A DNA stretch of 64,000 nucleotides from the human T2T-CHM13v2.0 reference genome, Homo sapiens: assembly GCF_009914755.1 (NCBI RefSeq), contig NC_060944.1, one strand, 5' to 3'. A program made the translations under genes and the position numbers. Positions 1-21,510 of this stretch are shown piece by piece. Positions within the stretch are counted from its first letter, which is position 1. Each line of letters begins with the position of its first letter. The notes under the pieces are model-generated. The model saw only the letters and a list, made by a program, of their open reading frames with translations, had not been told where the DNA came from and did no database searches.

Positions 1-239
1 GGCCCAGAGGGTAGGTTAGGTTGCCATGGGAGAATGCAGGTGTGAAGGAAGTCCTTCAGGGAGGTTCCAATGGCTAATCCTGGTCATGAAGGACCAGGAA
101 GAGAAAGCAGCTTGTTTGGCCAGGTGCAGTGGCTTATGCCTTTAACCCCAGCACTTTGGGAGGCTTAGTGAGGGAGGGGGCAGATCACCTGGTCAGGAGT
201 TCGAGACCACCCTGGCCAACATGGTGAAACTAGAGACTA

Positions 240-410
<171 letters not shown>

Positions 411-552
411 TCAAAAAAAAAAAAAAAACAAAAGCAGCTTGTTTATACAAAGGCCCTGGAGGTCGGAACTGCAGGGTGTTTGGATGTGGCAGGAGTATGG
501 GTGGTAAGAACAGTAATAACCTTTTTTTCTTTTTCTTTTTCTTTTTTTGTGA

Positions 553-654
<102 letters not shown>

Positions 655-813
655 TGAGTAGCTAGGACTACAGGCGTGCACCACCATGCCTGGCTAATTT
701 TTTATATTTTTAGTGGAGACAGGGTTTCACCATGTCGGCTAGGCTGGTCTCGAACTCCTGACCTCATGATCCGCCTGCCTGTGCCCCACAAAGTGGTGGG
801 ATTGCAGGCGTGA

Positions 814-1098
<285 letters not shown>

Positions 1099-1186
1099 TA
1101 AAATGCTAGAATTACATGCATGAGCCACCATGCCCAGCAAGAACAGTAGTAACCCTGCAAGCTTATTGTGTGCCAGGCTCTGCTAA

Positions 1187-1478
<292 letters not shown>

Positions 1479-1484
1479 TGACCT

Positions 1485-1680
1485 GTGCTAATAACTTTTA
1501 TCTTCACAACACCTATATGATGGTTTGAAGTAGGTGCTGGTGATATCCTCATTTTACAGATGGGGAGCCTGAAGCTCAGAGAGGAAATGACTTGTGCAAG
1601 TTTATCTGGAAAGTGGTGGGGCTGAGGTCCAAACTCAGGCACTCTTATTCCAGAGTTCTGGCTCATAACCGCTGTGTCCC
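1485..1680 (-). mobile_element. MIR (representative; other MIR fragments at ~2230-2390, 6540-6820, 13060-13240, 21530-21650, 30850-31060, 62980-63190)
   Basis: MIR core ctcattttacagatggggagcctgaagctcagagagg. Confidence 0.75.
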
Positions 1681-1800
1681 ACAGCCCCTCTGCTAAAGCT
1701 TGCCTGCTTCTCTCCTTTTAAGCTCCAAAAGAGAGTTTCTTTTGGCTTGGTTATAATGGCTAACTCACTAATGGCCCAAATGCTGCGCTGAGTACCTTGA

Positions 1801-2060
<260 letters not shown>

Positions 2061-2395
2061 TGAACTCCTGACCTTGTGATCCACCTGCCTCAGCCTCCCA
2101 AAGTGTTGGGATTACAGGCGTGAGCCACCGCGTCCGGCCTGAACTGTTTTAAAATAGAAGTCTTATGATCATACTTACATTTTAGAAATATCACTGTAGC
2201 AGCAGTGATGAAGATTGGCAACAGTGTAATTAACTGGAGTCAGCCTTACCTCGGTTCAATTCCTTGTCCCAATACCTGACTAGCCTTGGTATTTGGGAAA
2301 CTTACTTTGTGAACCTCAGTTTTCACATCCATAAAATGGGAATAATCCTCATTACAAACCTAAGAGGTAGACACTAAATGGGCTGATATAGTTTT

Positions 2396-2424
2396 TATAT
2401 ATATGTATATATATACCAGAATAG

Positions 2425-2478
<54 letters not shown>

Positions 2479-2576
2479 AGAATAGTATATACATATATAT
2501 CTTAGAATAGTGTATATATATATATATATATATATATCTTAGAATTGTGTGTATATATGTATCTTAGAATAGTATT
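2396..2576. repeat. Compound tandem repeat: (TATC)13 at 2425-2476 plus (TA)n/(TG)n tracts separated by a recurring AGAAT(A/T)GT spacer
   Basis: Read directly from the sequence. Confidence 0.92.
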
Positions 2577-3097
2577 TGTCATAAAATAACCACTGAGAAG
2601 ATGTCATCTCATGAGACAGTATTGATTTGGATCTGGGGAAGGTATAGCTGGAGGATTGGAGCTCTGTCAAGAGCTGCTGGAGTAATCAAGATTAGAACTG
2701 ATGCAGGGCTGAACTGGGCATCCACTTGGCAATGGCTGAGACTTAGAAGCAGGTCCTACAAAATGTTGTCCGAGTGTGGGAGGTGAGGGAAGGAGAAGGA
2801 GGTAAGGGAAGTGCCCATGTTTCTAGTTTGGCACACTTGCCAATCTTGAGGGCTTATTTGATGGGGACAAAAGGAGAAGGAACTTGTAAGGGTAAGATGA
2901 TTAGCTCAGTGAAATTGAGTAATATGCGAAAGGTCATACAGCAGATACATTTTAGGGCCAACCCTGGCACAGGCCCTTTCCACTGCTTCTGGGAAAATCC
3001 ACTGATTTAATCGACTCATTCTCAGTAGTTTGGAATGAGTAAACTCAACTCATGTTTGCTGTCTCTTTGCATTTTAATTATGGAAGGCAAAGCTTGA

Positions 3098-3342
<245 letters not shown>

Positions 3343-4244
3343 TAGTAGAGACGGGGTTTCACCATGTTGGCCAGGCTGGTCTCAAACTACTGAACTCTGG
3401 TGATCCGCCCTCCTCGACCTCCCAAAGTGTTGGGATTACAGGCGTGAGCCACCGTGCCTGGCTTCTTCCCTCTTTTCATTCTTGCCTGCCCTTCCTTCCT
3501 TCCTTTCTTTTTCTTCCTCCTTACCTCTTCTGCCTTTCCTCCCTCCTTCCCTACCTTGTCAAGTAAAAGGGACTAATTCCCTTTCTTCTAGTGTGACCTG
3601 GGAAGAGGTCCTACTTGAACCAATTTGTCACTTCCCTACGACTAAAGATACGCTCTTTATGCACTTTAGTATATTGGATACTGTTTGTTAATTTTTAATA
3701 ATATTGACTATAATTCTTTGTGTCTGATGTCCTTTTTGCTAGTATACCACCATTGCCATCACCAGTACCATTTAGAGTTTGCTATGCTAAGCACTTGACA
3801 TCCATTAGCTCACTTATTCTTCACAACAACCCTAGGAAATTGGGGCTGTTGATCCCATCTTATAGCTGGGCAAACAGGCTCAGTGATTTTTCTTGTCGTC
3901 GCTCAGCCAACAATGCCTGGAGCCAGAATTGGTTAGAATCTGAGTCTAAAACCTGTCTGTGCACCCATCCCTAGGCATTCCCTGGCCTTCCTCCACGGCA
4001 GAACTTTGGCAAAAGGTCCTCTTGGAGGCTTCTTCCTGGGAGACCCAGGTATCACTGGACCGGCTAAAATTGTTTATGCTTTCTTGGGACAGCAGCATGG
4101 GCTGTGGGAAGTCTCAACCTTCTAGGTTCAAGCTGTGTGTGGGGAAAGCTCCTTTCTGCCGGAGATTCTTTGCCTGTAGTAGTTGCCTTTGCTTAGAAGT
4201 CACTTCCTTTAGATCTCCTTCTTGTCACCTAGTTCTCTGCTTAG

Positions 4245-4587
<343 letters not shown>

Positions 4588-5165
4588 TAACAGCCGTATC
4601 TAAAATAGTCCTTTCCATGTCGCTGGTTCACATTATTTTGTTGTTTTTCCCACAATTACTTATCTCTGTCAGAAATGATCTTTATATGCTCGCATGGCGC
4701 AGTGGCTCATGCCTGTAATCGCAGCACTTTGGGAGGCTGAGGTTGGTGGATCACTGGAGGTCAGGAGTTCGAGACCAGCCTGGCCAACATGGCGAAACAC
4801 TGTCTCTACTAAAAATACAAAAATTAGCCAGGCATGGTGGTGCACGCCTGTAATCCCAGCTACTGGGGAGGGTGAGGCAGGAGATGCTTGAACCTGGGAG
4901 GCGGAGGTTGCAGAGAGCCGAGATTGCACCTTGCACGCTGGGCTGGGCGACAAGAGCGGGACTCTGTCTCAAAAAAAAAAAAAAAAAAAAAAGGCCAGGC
5001 GCGGTGGCTCACACCTGTAATCCCCAGCACTTTGGGAGGCTGAGGTGGGTGGATCGCCTGAGGTCAGGAGTTCGAGACCAGCCTGACCAATATGGAGAAA
5101 CCCCTTCTCTGCTAAAAATACAAAAATTAGCCAGGCGTGGTGGCACATACCTGTAATCCTAGCTA

Positions 5166-5273
<108 letters not shown>

Positions 5274-5880
5274 TCAAAAAAAAAAAAAAAAGAAAAAAGA
5301 AATGACCCTTATGTATGTGCTTATCTTGTTTCTTAGCTGCCTTCCCCACTAGAGAACAGGGTCCGGGTGCCTTGTCCTCCCATTGTCTATTTCCAGTACC
5401 TGGCACACAGCAGGCTCTCAATGAATATTTCTTGAATGAGGGGGGCATAAAGATTTAAGCTGGTCTTTCACCTGAAGTGTCCCTCAATTTAAAGTGGTTG
5501 TATTGAGTTAAAAGGCACTGTCACCCTTTAATGGAGGTTGAATCCCAGCCTTGTGGTGAGCACCATTAGATTATCCCAAAGCCTGTTCTGTAGTTTCTGG
5601 TGGTTGGCATTTTATTCCTTGAGAGTCCCAGAGACTTTTTTCCTCGAAAGTTCCAGAGTTTATTTCCCTCTACTCCTGTCCCAGAGCTGATTCACTGAAA
5701 GGTCTTGTTCCATACCCATCTATCACTTTTAATTCTTTGTTGTCCCTCTTTTCCCTGAGCACAAAGGGATTGCTGAGGGCAAGACTTCCAGTTACCATAG
5801 CGACAGTACTCTTTTGCCTCTCCCAAAATAAAACCCAGAGTCTTTGTCAGTACATTAACTGTAAATGTGATATGAATTCA

Positions 5881-6195
<315 letters not shown>

Positions 6196-6365
6196 CTATC
6201 ATTTATTGAGTACCTACTTGTTTTTTTTTGAGACGAATCTCACTCTGATGCCTGGGCTAGAGTGCAGTGGTGCCATCTTGGCTTACTGCAACCTTCATCC
6301 CCTGGTTCAAGCAATTCTTCTGCCTCACCCTCCTGAGTAGCTGGGATTATAGGTGTGTGCCATGA

Positions 6366-6566
<201 letters not shown>

Positions 6567-8192
6567 TAATTCTCATAGCACCCACGATAGGGGCCATTAT
6601 CCCCATATCATAAGTGAAGAAACAGAGCTCAACAATGTAGCTTGTAAATAAACTTGGGGTAAGAATCTGAACTCAGGAGCTACTGGACTGAGGTTCGATT
6701 GCTGGCTCAGCTCCTTACTATGTGAGTGTCCTTAACTTTCTTTTTCCTCATCTTTATAATGGGGATTAATATAGTACTTCTGTGATTTTTGTAAGGATTA
6801 AATTGGTTAATATATGTAAGTTTAATTATTATAAATTTTTTTTTTGAGACAGTCTCACTCTGTCGCCCAGGCTGGAGTGCAGTCGTGTGATCTCAGCTCA
6901 CTGCAACCTCCACCTGCAGGGTTGAAGTGATTGTTCTGCCTCAGCCTCCTGAGTAGCTGGGACTACAGGTGCGCACCACCATGCCCAGCTAATTTTTGTA
7001 TTTTTTAGTGGAGACGGGGTTTCACTATGTTTACCTGGGTGGTCTTGATCTCTTGACCTCATGATCCGCCCGCCTTGGCCTCCCAAAGTGCTGGGATTGC
7101 AGGCGTGAGCCACCGCACCCAGACTATACATTTTTTTTTTATGCGGGTTTTGTTAGTTTGGATAAGGTTATTTTACATCTACTCTCTGTAAAGTTAGTTT
7201 ATATCTTTATCATAGTAGTAGCTTAATAGCATTCTTTATTTAATTTATTACATATTTGTTGAGTTTATAATGTAGTCCTACTGTAATGAATTTTGATTAA
7301 ATATTCTCTTGTTTTTTAATGGATGAACTACATCCAGTTTGCCCAGAATCTTATGTAAAGAGCTATTGGTTTTTCTCATTTTCACAAATGATTTATTTTT
7401 ATCCTGGACTGTATTCTTCAGCTTGAAATGGCTGAGTCCAAGAGTATAAGCAGTTCCACAGGTTGTTCTTTGCTTCTAGATTAAGGTATAAAAAGATGGC
7501 CATGGTCAGGACCCCAGGAGGTGTTCTAGTGTACCTGTTTCCCCACAGCTGGACCAGTGTTAGGTTTTGTCTTTTCTAAAAAATTAGGTATTTCTGCTTG
7601 TTATATAATGGTGTGATAATTTTGACACAACATTTGAAAAGCATCCAGTTGCTTTATCTTCCTGTATTCAAGTTATGTTTATATCTAAAGATATGAATAT
7701 AAGCATAGCAACGACTTTGGTCAGAGAAAGAGGAAGGACCTTTGAGAAGTACTTTGTCTACTTCTGCGTACATCCTGTTACTTTTGATAAGAGGGATTTC
7801 TCCTGCCTCAGAGGACCTTGAAATTGGCTAGCACCTCTGCATGTCAGTTTCCTCCCTGTAACTTAATTTTACTTGTATACCATGGTAACATTACATTAGT
7901 CCTAATTATATAATCTGGCAGTTGTGAAGATCCAGTAAATAGTAAAATAGTGTAAGAATTAAATTCTTGCATTTAAAAAATTTGCAGGTTTTTTTTTGGA
8001 TTTTTTGTAGAGATGACATTTCACCAAGTTGCCCAGGCTGGTCTTGAACTCTTAGATTCAAGCTACCTGCCCCTTGGCCTCCCAAAATGCTGGGATTACA
8101 GGCATGGGCCTATACTCAGCCTCCCAAAGTGCTGGGATTATAGGCATGAGCCAGTGTACCTGGCCAAAAATTTGCATATTTAAATAACCTTA

Positions 8193-8369
<177 letters not shown>

Positions 8370-9414
8370 TCACAGCTACTCAGGAGACTGAGGTGGGAGA
8401 ATTGCTTGAGCCTAGGAGGCGGAGGTTACAGTGAGCTGAGATCGTGCCACTGCACTCCAGTCTGGGCGACAGAGTGAGACCCTGTCTCAAAAAAAAAAAA
8501 AAGAAAAAAATATGAAGAAACATAAAGAAGCAACCCCACCACCAGAATAAAATAAAATTTTATCATCTAGATAATTCCTGCTGACAATTACTTCTTTGGT
8601 GGTTTTTTTTGTTTGTTTTTGTTTTTTGGCTTTTTTTTTTTTTTGAGATGGAATCTTGCTCTGTCACCCAGACTGGTTTGCAGTGGCACGATGTCAACTC
8701 ACTGCAACCTCCGCCTCCTGGGTTCAAGTGATTCTCCTGCCTCAGCCTCCTGAGTAGCTGGGATTACAGGTTCCCACCACCATGCCCGGCTAATTTTTGT
8801 ATTTTTAGTAGAGACGGGGTTTCACCATGTTGGCTAGGATTGTCTCGATCTCTTGACCTTGTGATCCTCCCACCTCGACCTCCCAAAGTGCTGGGACTAC
8901 AGGCATGAGCCACTGCGCCTAGCCTGGAATGGGTTGTTTAATAGATAGCTTATTGTCCTTCACATGTATAATCCTTTACATTATACACTTGTGAAAAATT
9001 TTCATTGTGAAAAACTAAAATTTAGGAAAGTATTTAAGAAGAAAGGAACAATCACCAATAACCTATAACTTATTTTTTTCTTCCTGTCTTTACAAAAGAA
9101 TCAGTGGCTGGGTACCATGGCTCATGCCTCTAATTCCAGCACTTTGGGAGGCTGAGTCAGGAGGATCACTTGAACCTGGGAGTTTGAGACCAGCCCAGAC
9201 AAACACATAGCAAGACCCTGTCTCTACCAGATAACAAATTAGCTGGGTGTGGTGGCTTGCACCTGTAGTCCCAGGTGCTTGGGAGGCTGAGTAAGGAGGA
9301 TCACATGAGCCCAGGAAGTCGAGGCTACAGTGATCCAGGTTTGAGCCACTGTAGACCAGCCTGAGTGACAGAGTGAGCAAGACCTTGTCTCCAAAAAAAT
9401 AAATTCATATGAGT

Positions 9415-9446
<32 letters not shown>

Positions 9447-9448
9447 GA

Positions 9449-9607
<159 letters not shown>

Positions 9608-9712
9608 TAGTAGAGACGGGGTTTCTGCATGTTGGTTAGGCTGGTCTCAAACTCCTGACCTCAGGTGATCCGGCAGCCTCGGCCTCCCAAAGTTCTGGGA
9701 TTATAGGCATGA

Positions 9713-9913
<201 letters not shown>

Positions 9914-10239
9914 TAATGTGAGCTCCATGTGGTACAATTTTGCATCCTGCCTTTTTATGTAATATATTGCAAGCAAATTCTTCATAAAATGTGCTGCTAT
10001 TAAACATTAGACATGTACTCACTTCTGTGATTTTTTTCCATACTCATTTATTGCAAAGAAAGTGTTCTGGTAGGAGGCAGGCATTGCTCTGGCAGTGCTC
10101 TGGCATTGCTTGGGCAGTGTAGGCTGTCAAGAGCCAAAGTATAAGGCTGGATGCAGTGGCTCGTGCTTGTAATCCTGTAATCCCAGCACTTTGGGAGGCC
10201 CAGGCGGGAGGATTGCTTGAACCCAGGAGTTTGAGATCA

Positions 10240-10520
<281 letters not shown>

Positions 10521-10610
10521 TCAAGTGCCCTTAGAGTTCAGAGTGGCTACATGTCCATCAGAACCACCACTAGCTCCTCCGATAGCATTTAGGACCCTGC
10601 AGATTAGTAG

Positions 10611-10876
<266 letters not shown>

Positions 10877-11206
10877 TGATCCGCCTGCCTCGGCTTCCCA
10901 AAGTGTTGGGATTACAGGCTTGAGTCACCGCACCCGGCCGGAAGTGTTCTTTTATGGGGGCCACTTTTCTTGTAAATGGCCTAATCCAGTACACCTTTTT
11001 TTTCCATCAAAAGGAAATTGGCTTTACTGTTTGGTTCTGATCATAAATATAAATTTTATTCATTGCAGCACGAGTACACGAGACAGGATTGAGAAAGGAG
11101 AGATTCAAATTGTGACTTCAGATTCAAAGGCAATTAAAGGAATTAAACGTGAATATTTTTACTGTTTTATTGTTCTATGATTAAAAAAAAATCTGGGTAA
11201 AACTTA

Positions 11207-11398
<192 letters not shown>

Positions 11399-12468
11399 TC
11401 AAAAAACAAACCAACAAACAAAAAAAGAAGTAGGAAATATACATAGATCAAAGAAAGTATAAACAATTCTGGGCGCAGTGGTTCACGCCTGTAATACCAG
11501 CACTTTGGGAGGTTGATGTGGGCAGATCACTTGAGGTCAGGTGTTTGATACCAGCCTGGCCAACATGGTGAAACCCAATCTCTACTCAAAATACAAAAAT
11601 TAGCTGGGTGTGGTGGCATGCGCCTGTAGTCCCAGCTACTCAGGAGGCCTAGGCTCCAGAATTGCTTGAACCTGGGAGGTGGAGGATACGGTGAGCTGAG
11701 ATGGCACCACTGCACTCAGCCTGGGTAAAAGAGTATGACTCTGTCTCAAAAAATAAATAAATAAACAGACCTCGTACAGCCTTCCAAAAGTAGCACCAAG
11801 TATTAATATCTCAACTTTTGTTTGCTTCGTTTTTAATTTTTTTTGTTTTTAAGAGACGAGCGTTTGCTATGTTTCTCAGGCTGGTCTTGAACTCCTGGGC
11901 TCAAAGAAACAACTTGGCTCTGCCTTCCAAGTAGCTGGGGCTATAGGCATACATTACTGTGCCTGGCATTTGTTTGCTTCCTTTGTAACTCTTTAAATTT
12001 CATTGCAATTACAGTTTGCAGTTATTTATCAGTTTGCTGGCTAAATTTTTGTGTTTCCCCGGTAGACTGAAGGGTTCTTGAGGGCAGGAGCTGTGTCTCT
12101 TTTGGTCTTGATTGTTTCCTTAAATAGTCGCTGAGCAAATATTTGTTGAATAATGCATCAGCAGATGACTGAATTTAACTGTGAAAGCAGTTGTTTTTTT
12201 GTAGTTCTGAGGGGTGGCCCTTGGCCCTTGTAGGTGAGTGGTAAGCAGTGTTGAGGGAGGGTCTTCTTAGTTCCAGAAACCACAGGAAGCTGCACGATGG
12301 AGGAATAGGAACCAGTGGAAGACACACCTGTGTTAGAATGAGGACACCAACAGGGTTTCATGGAGCTTTGTGTTTTGAATAATGCCTGTTTTTTTATGTG
12401 TAGTGAATGATGCTACACTCTGGGTGGACTTTGCCTAAGTTTCATAAATATTTAATTGGCTTTTTCAG

Positions 12469-12500
12469 GAGAATAAAGGCAGCCCCGTTGATGACTGAAA
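12469..12500 (+). other. PHF20: 5'-UTR part (32 nt) of the first coding exon of PHF20
   Basis: Acceptor ggctttttcAG ends at 12468, 32 nt before the ATG at 12501. Confidence 0.85.
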
Positions 12501-12520
12501 ATGACAAAGCATCCACCTAA
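12491..12520 (+). promoter_or_regulatory. Overlapping upstream ORF (MTENDKAST*) out of frame with the PHF20 start
   Basis: ATG ACT GAA AAT GAC AAA GCA TCC ACC TAA starts 10 nt upstream of the main ATG. Weak context (T at -3). Whether it is translated is not shown by the sequence. Confidence 0.6.
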
Positions 12521-12583
12521 CAGACGAGGAATCAGCTTTGAAGTGGGAGCCCAGTTGGAAGCCCGGGACCGTTTAAAAAACTG
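12501..12583 (+). CDS. PHF20: PHD finger protein 20, first coding exon ([27 protein letters not shown] + TG of W), start of Tudor domain 1
   Basis: ATG with A at -3. 83 nt coding, donor CTG|GTACTT. The phase-2 junction completes TGG with the next exon. Confidence 0.96.
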
Positions 12584-13729
12584 GTACTTTTACATTTTTC
12601 TGTTAATTAAAGCCCTTCAGTAAAGGATTTTTGCCAGCACTGATAGAGTGGTAGCTTAGGCTTTTTTTGTGGTGTTTTTCTACTTCCTGACTCTTGGAAG
12701 ATGTGAGGAAATGTCAGTCTTTTCTCTTTGATGCAGGGATCCCAGTGTCAGGGTGACTGTCCTGTAACCCCCTGTATATATTTGTTTCCCCCTTTTGCCT
12801 GTTCATCTGAAAGAGTTCTGGGAAAAAGAAGCAGGAATGGCTACAGGGAAGGGAAGAGTTAATAGTGGCAGCTCTCTTGCTCCTGGCTGCCTGTCTGAAA
12901 AAAGAGGAAAGATCAGGGATGGAATAGTGAAGAAAAAGGGGTTCGATTGGAGCAGCTCATGTGTTGTGAACACCCCATCCTATTTTCTGGGCATGATCTT
13001 GTATGTTGAAATACAGTCATCATGTAAGGGCACACTGTCAGGGTGATTAGGTTCAGAAGCTGAGGGGTTATAGTCCCAGCTGTGTCATTGACTTGTGACC
13101 TCTGGCTGGTAATTAGCTGCTTTGTGCATTGGCTTATCTATAAATGTGGGTATTGGTAATATTGACCTCATAGGGTTATTCTGAGAATCAAATGATAGAA
13201 TATGTAAGGAAAGACCTTATAGACTGTGAAGTGATTGTTGTGGTTGAGGGCATCCTAGAATTTGGTCATTTTTTGGTGCTCAAGGTGAGCGTGGGGTTTT
13301 CAGAACTTATACCTCTTTAAGGGTTTTTGTTTTTTTTTTTTAGACAGAGATTCGCTCTGTCACCCAGGCAGATCTTGGCTCACTGCAACCTCTGCCTCCC
13401 AGGTTCAAGCAGTTCTCGTGCCTCAGCCTCCTGAGTAGCTGGTATTGCAGATGTGTGCCACCATGCCTGGCTAATTCCTTTTTGAGCTAAAGAAGGAAGA
13501 GTTTAACCCTTTTTGAGATTCTTTCAAAATAGATTGATCAGCTCTTCAGGTGTAGGAAGATAAGACAGGAGAAGAGAGGCATAGAAGCAGCTGGTACAGA
13601 AAACTGTCTTTGCTATTAGAATTAGGTACACTTGGCTGGGCGCGGTGGCTCACGCCTGTAATCCCAGCACTTTGGGAGGCCGAGGTGGGTGGATCACCTG
13701 AGGTCTGGAGTTCGAGACCAGCCTGGCTA

Positions 13730-14017
<288 letters not shown>

Positions 14018-14123
14018 TCAGGAGTTCAAGACCAGTCTGGCCAACATAATGAAACCCCGTCTTTACTAAAAATATAAAAATTAGCCGGGCATGATGGTGC
14101 ACGCATGTAGTCCTAGCTACTCA

Positions 14124-14270
<147 letters not shown>

Positions 14271-14652
14271 TTAGGTACATTTTCAACACAGTTGTTTTTG
14301 GGCTATTTTTTTTTTTTGGAGACAAGAGTCTTGCTCTTTCATTCAGGCTGGAGTGTAGTGGCGTGATCTCGGCTCACTGCAGTCTTTGCCTCCTAGGTTC
14401 AAGCAATTCCTCTGCCTCAGCCTTCTGAGTTGCTGAGATTACAGGCATGCACCACGATGCCCGGCCAATTTTTTGTATTTTTAGTAGAGACAGGGTTTCA
14501 CCATGTTGGCCAGGCTGGTCTCCAACTCCTGACCTCAGATGATCTGCCTGCCTCGGCCTCCCAAAGTGCTGGGATTACAGGCGTGAGCCACCAAGCCTGC
14601 CTGTTTTTGGGCTATTTGTATTATCTATAATTAGTTCCTTTTTTGGTTTCAG

Positions 14653-14683
<31 letters not shown>

Positions 14684-14745
14684 ATATATATAATATACTG
14701 CGTGTGTGTATATATATTATATATTGTATGTATATATATTATATA
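14653..14745. repeat. (TA)n/(TG)n compound microsatellite
   Basis: Read directly from the sequence. Confidence 0.9.
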
Positions 14746-14857
14746 AGTAGTATCATACAACTTGTTTTTTTTCTGTGTCTTTGTTTTTTATATTCAATAT
14801 GTTTTTGTGATTTACCCATACTTAACTCCGCACCCTCCTCGCCCACCCCTGATATAG

Positions 14858-14977
<120 letters not shown>

Positions 14978-15238
14978 TAACTTCTGTATAGAGTTTTATT
15001 GTATGAATATACCACATTTTGTTTATCTAGTCCCCTACTAATGGACGTTTGTTTGTTTGTTTATTTATTTATGATGGAGTCTAGCTCTGTCACCCAGGCT
15101 GGAGTGTGGTGGCACAATCTTGGCTCATTGCAACATCCGCCTCCTGGGTTCAAGCAGTTCAGCCTCAGCTGGGATTACAGGTGCCCACCTTGCCAAGCTA
15201 CTGTATGTTTTTTTTTTTTTTTTTTTTTTGAGACGTAG

Positions 15239-15394
<156 letters not shown>

Positions 15395-16328
15395 TAGTAG
15401 AGACGGGGTTTCACGGTGTTAGCCAGGATGGTTGCGATCTCCTGACCTCGTGATCCACCCTCCTCGGTCTCCCAAAGTGCTGGGATTACAGGCGTGAGCC
15501 ACCGCGCCCAGCCTAATTTATGTACTTTTAGTAGAGATGGGGTTTCGCCATTTTGGCCAGGCTGGTCTCAAATTTGTGACCTCAGGTGATCCACCCACCT
15601 TGGCCTCCCAAAGTGCTGGGATTACAGGTGTGAGCCACCGCTCCTGGCCCGTTTATTTATTTATTATTTTTTATTGTATTTTTTTTTAAATGGGTGCTTA
15701 AATTCCAGTTTTTCACCTGAGACACAGTGCTGTGTGAATGTCTCTTTGTGCACATACACAGACTTTTACTTGGGCAGTGGCTTTTGACCACAACCTACAG
15801 TAAGAAATGTATTTTAAATCCAGTGTGGTACTCAACCATATGTACATAAAAATTTATTTTTATTTTGTTTTTATTATTATTTTTTTGAAACGCTGTCGAG
15901 ACAGCGTCTCACTTTGTTGCCTAGGCTGTAATGCAGGGTCGTGATCTTGGCTCACTGCAATCTCCGCCTCCCAGGTTCAAGCGATTCTCGTGCCTCAGCC
16001 TCCTGAGTATGTGGGATTATAGGTGTGTGCCACCATGCCTGGCTATTTTTTTTTTATTTCTAGTAGAGCCGGTGTTTCACCATGTTGGCCAGGCTGGTCT
16101 TGAACTCCTGGCCTCAGGCGATCTGCCCAACTCGGCCTCCTGAGTGCTGGGACCACAGGCCAGATCCATGGCACCCGGCCTATTTTTATTTTTCCAGACA
16201 AGGTCTCATTCTGTTGCTCAGGTTGGAGTGCAGTGGTGGGAACAGAGCTCATTGCAGCTTTGACCTCCCTTGGCTTAAGCAGTCCTCCTGCTTCAGCTGG
16301 GACCACAGGCACATGCCACCACGCCTGA

Positions 16329-16529
<201 letters not shown>

Positions 16530-16770
16530 TAGCCAAGATTTACCTCGTGATCTGCCCGCCTTGGCTTCCCAAAGTGCTGGGATTATAGGTGTGAGCCACT
16601 ATGCCCAGCCACACGCCTGATTAATTTTTAAATTTTTAGTAGAGATGAGGTCTCACTATGTTGCCAAGGCTGATCTCGAATTCCTGGGCTCAGGTGATCC
16701 TCCTGCCTTGGCCTCCCAAAATGCTGGGGTTACAGGCATAAGTCACCATACCTGATCTATATAAATTTAA

Positions 16771-17121
<351 letters not shown>

Positions 17122-17304
17122 TGAGCCACCATGCCTGGCATTTTTTTTTTTTTTTTTTTGATATGTCTCACTCTGTTGCCTAGGCTGGGGTGTAGTGGTG
17201 CAGTTACAACTCATTGCAGCCTTGACTTCCAGGCTCAGGTGATCCTCTCACCTCAGCCTTCTGAGCAGATGGGACTACCAGCACATACCATCATGCTAGG
17301 CTAA

Positions 17305-19540
<2,236 letters not shown>

Positions 19541-20027
19541 TTATTTATTTATTTTTATTTTTATTTTTTGAGACGGAGTCTCGCCCTGTCTCCCAGGCTG
19601 GAGTGCAGTGGTGCATCTTGGCTCACTGCAAGCTCTGACTCCTGGGTTCGTGCCATTCTCCTGCCTCAGCCTCCCGAGTAGCTGGGACTACAGGCGCCCG
19701 CCACCACGCCTGGCTAATTTTTTCTATTTTTAGTAGAGACGGGGCTTCACCATGTTGGCCAGGATGGTCTCGATCTCCTGACCTCGTGATCTGCTCGCCT
19801 CGGCCTCCCAACGTGCTGGGATTACAGGCGTGAGCCACCGCACCTGGCCCCAATTTTTTTTTTTCTTAACCGTGTCTTTATGGAAAAGAGGAAAACGTTA
19901 TGGCCATCTTGTACAAATTTCTAGGAACAAATTTTAAACTTAACATTTGGCCAGATGCAGTGGCTCATGCCCGTAATCCCAGCACTTTGGGAGGCCAAGG
20001 CGGGTGGATCATGAAGTCAGGAGTTCA

Positions 20028-20252
<225 letters not shown>

Positions 20253-20337
20253 TTAACATTTAAAAGATATTCTGGGCCTGGTGTGGTGGCTCACACCTGG
20301 AATCCCAGCATTTTGGGAGGCCAAGCCTGGTGGATCA

Positions 20338-21510
<1,173 letters not shown>

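Noticed and set aside
7420-7490. Possible cassette exon in the repeat-poor stretch (ttcttcag ... aag|gtataa)
   Set aside because: Splice-like motifs alone are not enough, and no reading-frame or homology evidence supports it.
8077-8160. ~42-bp internal duplication in an Alu 5' end
   Set aside because: Old, diverged and common in Alus; nothing distinctive.
12472-12477. AATAAA in the first coding exon 5'-UTR (and another at 58335-58340 in coding sequence)
   Set aside because: The hexamer is common in AT-rich DNA, and nothing in the sequence shows it is used.
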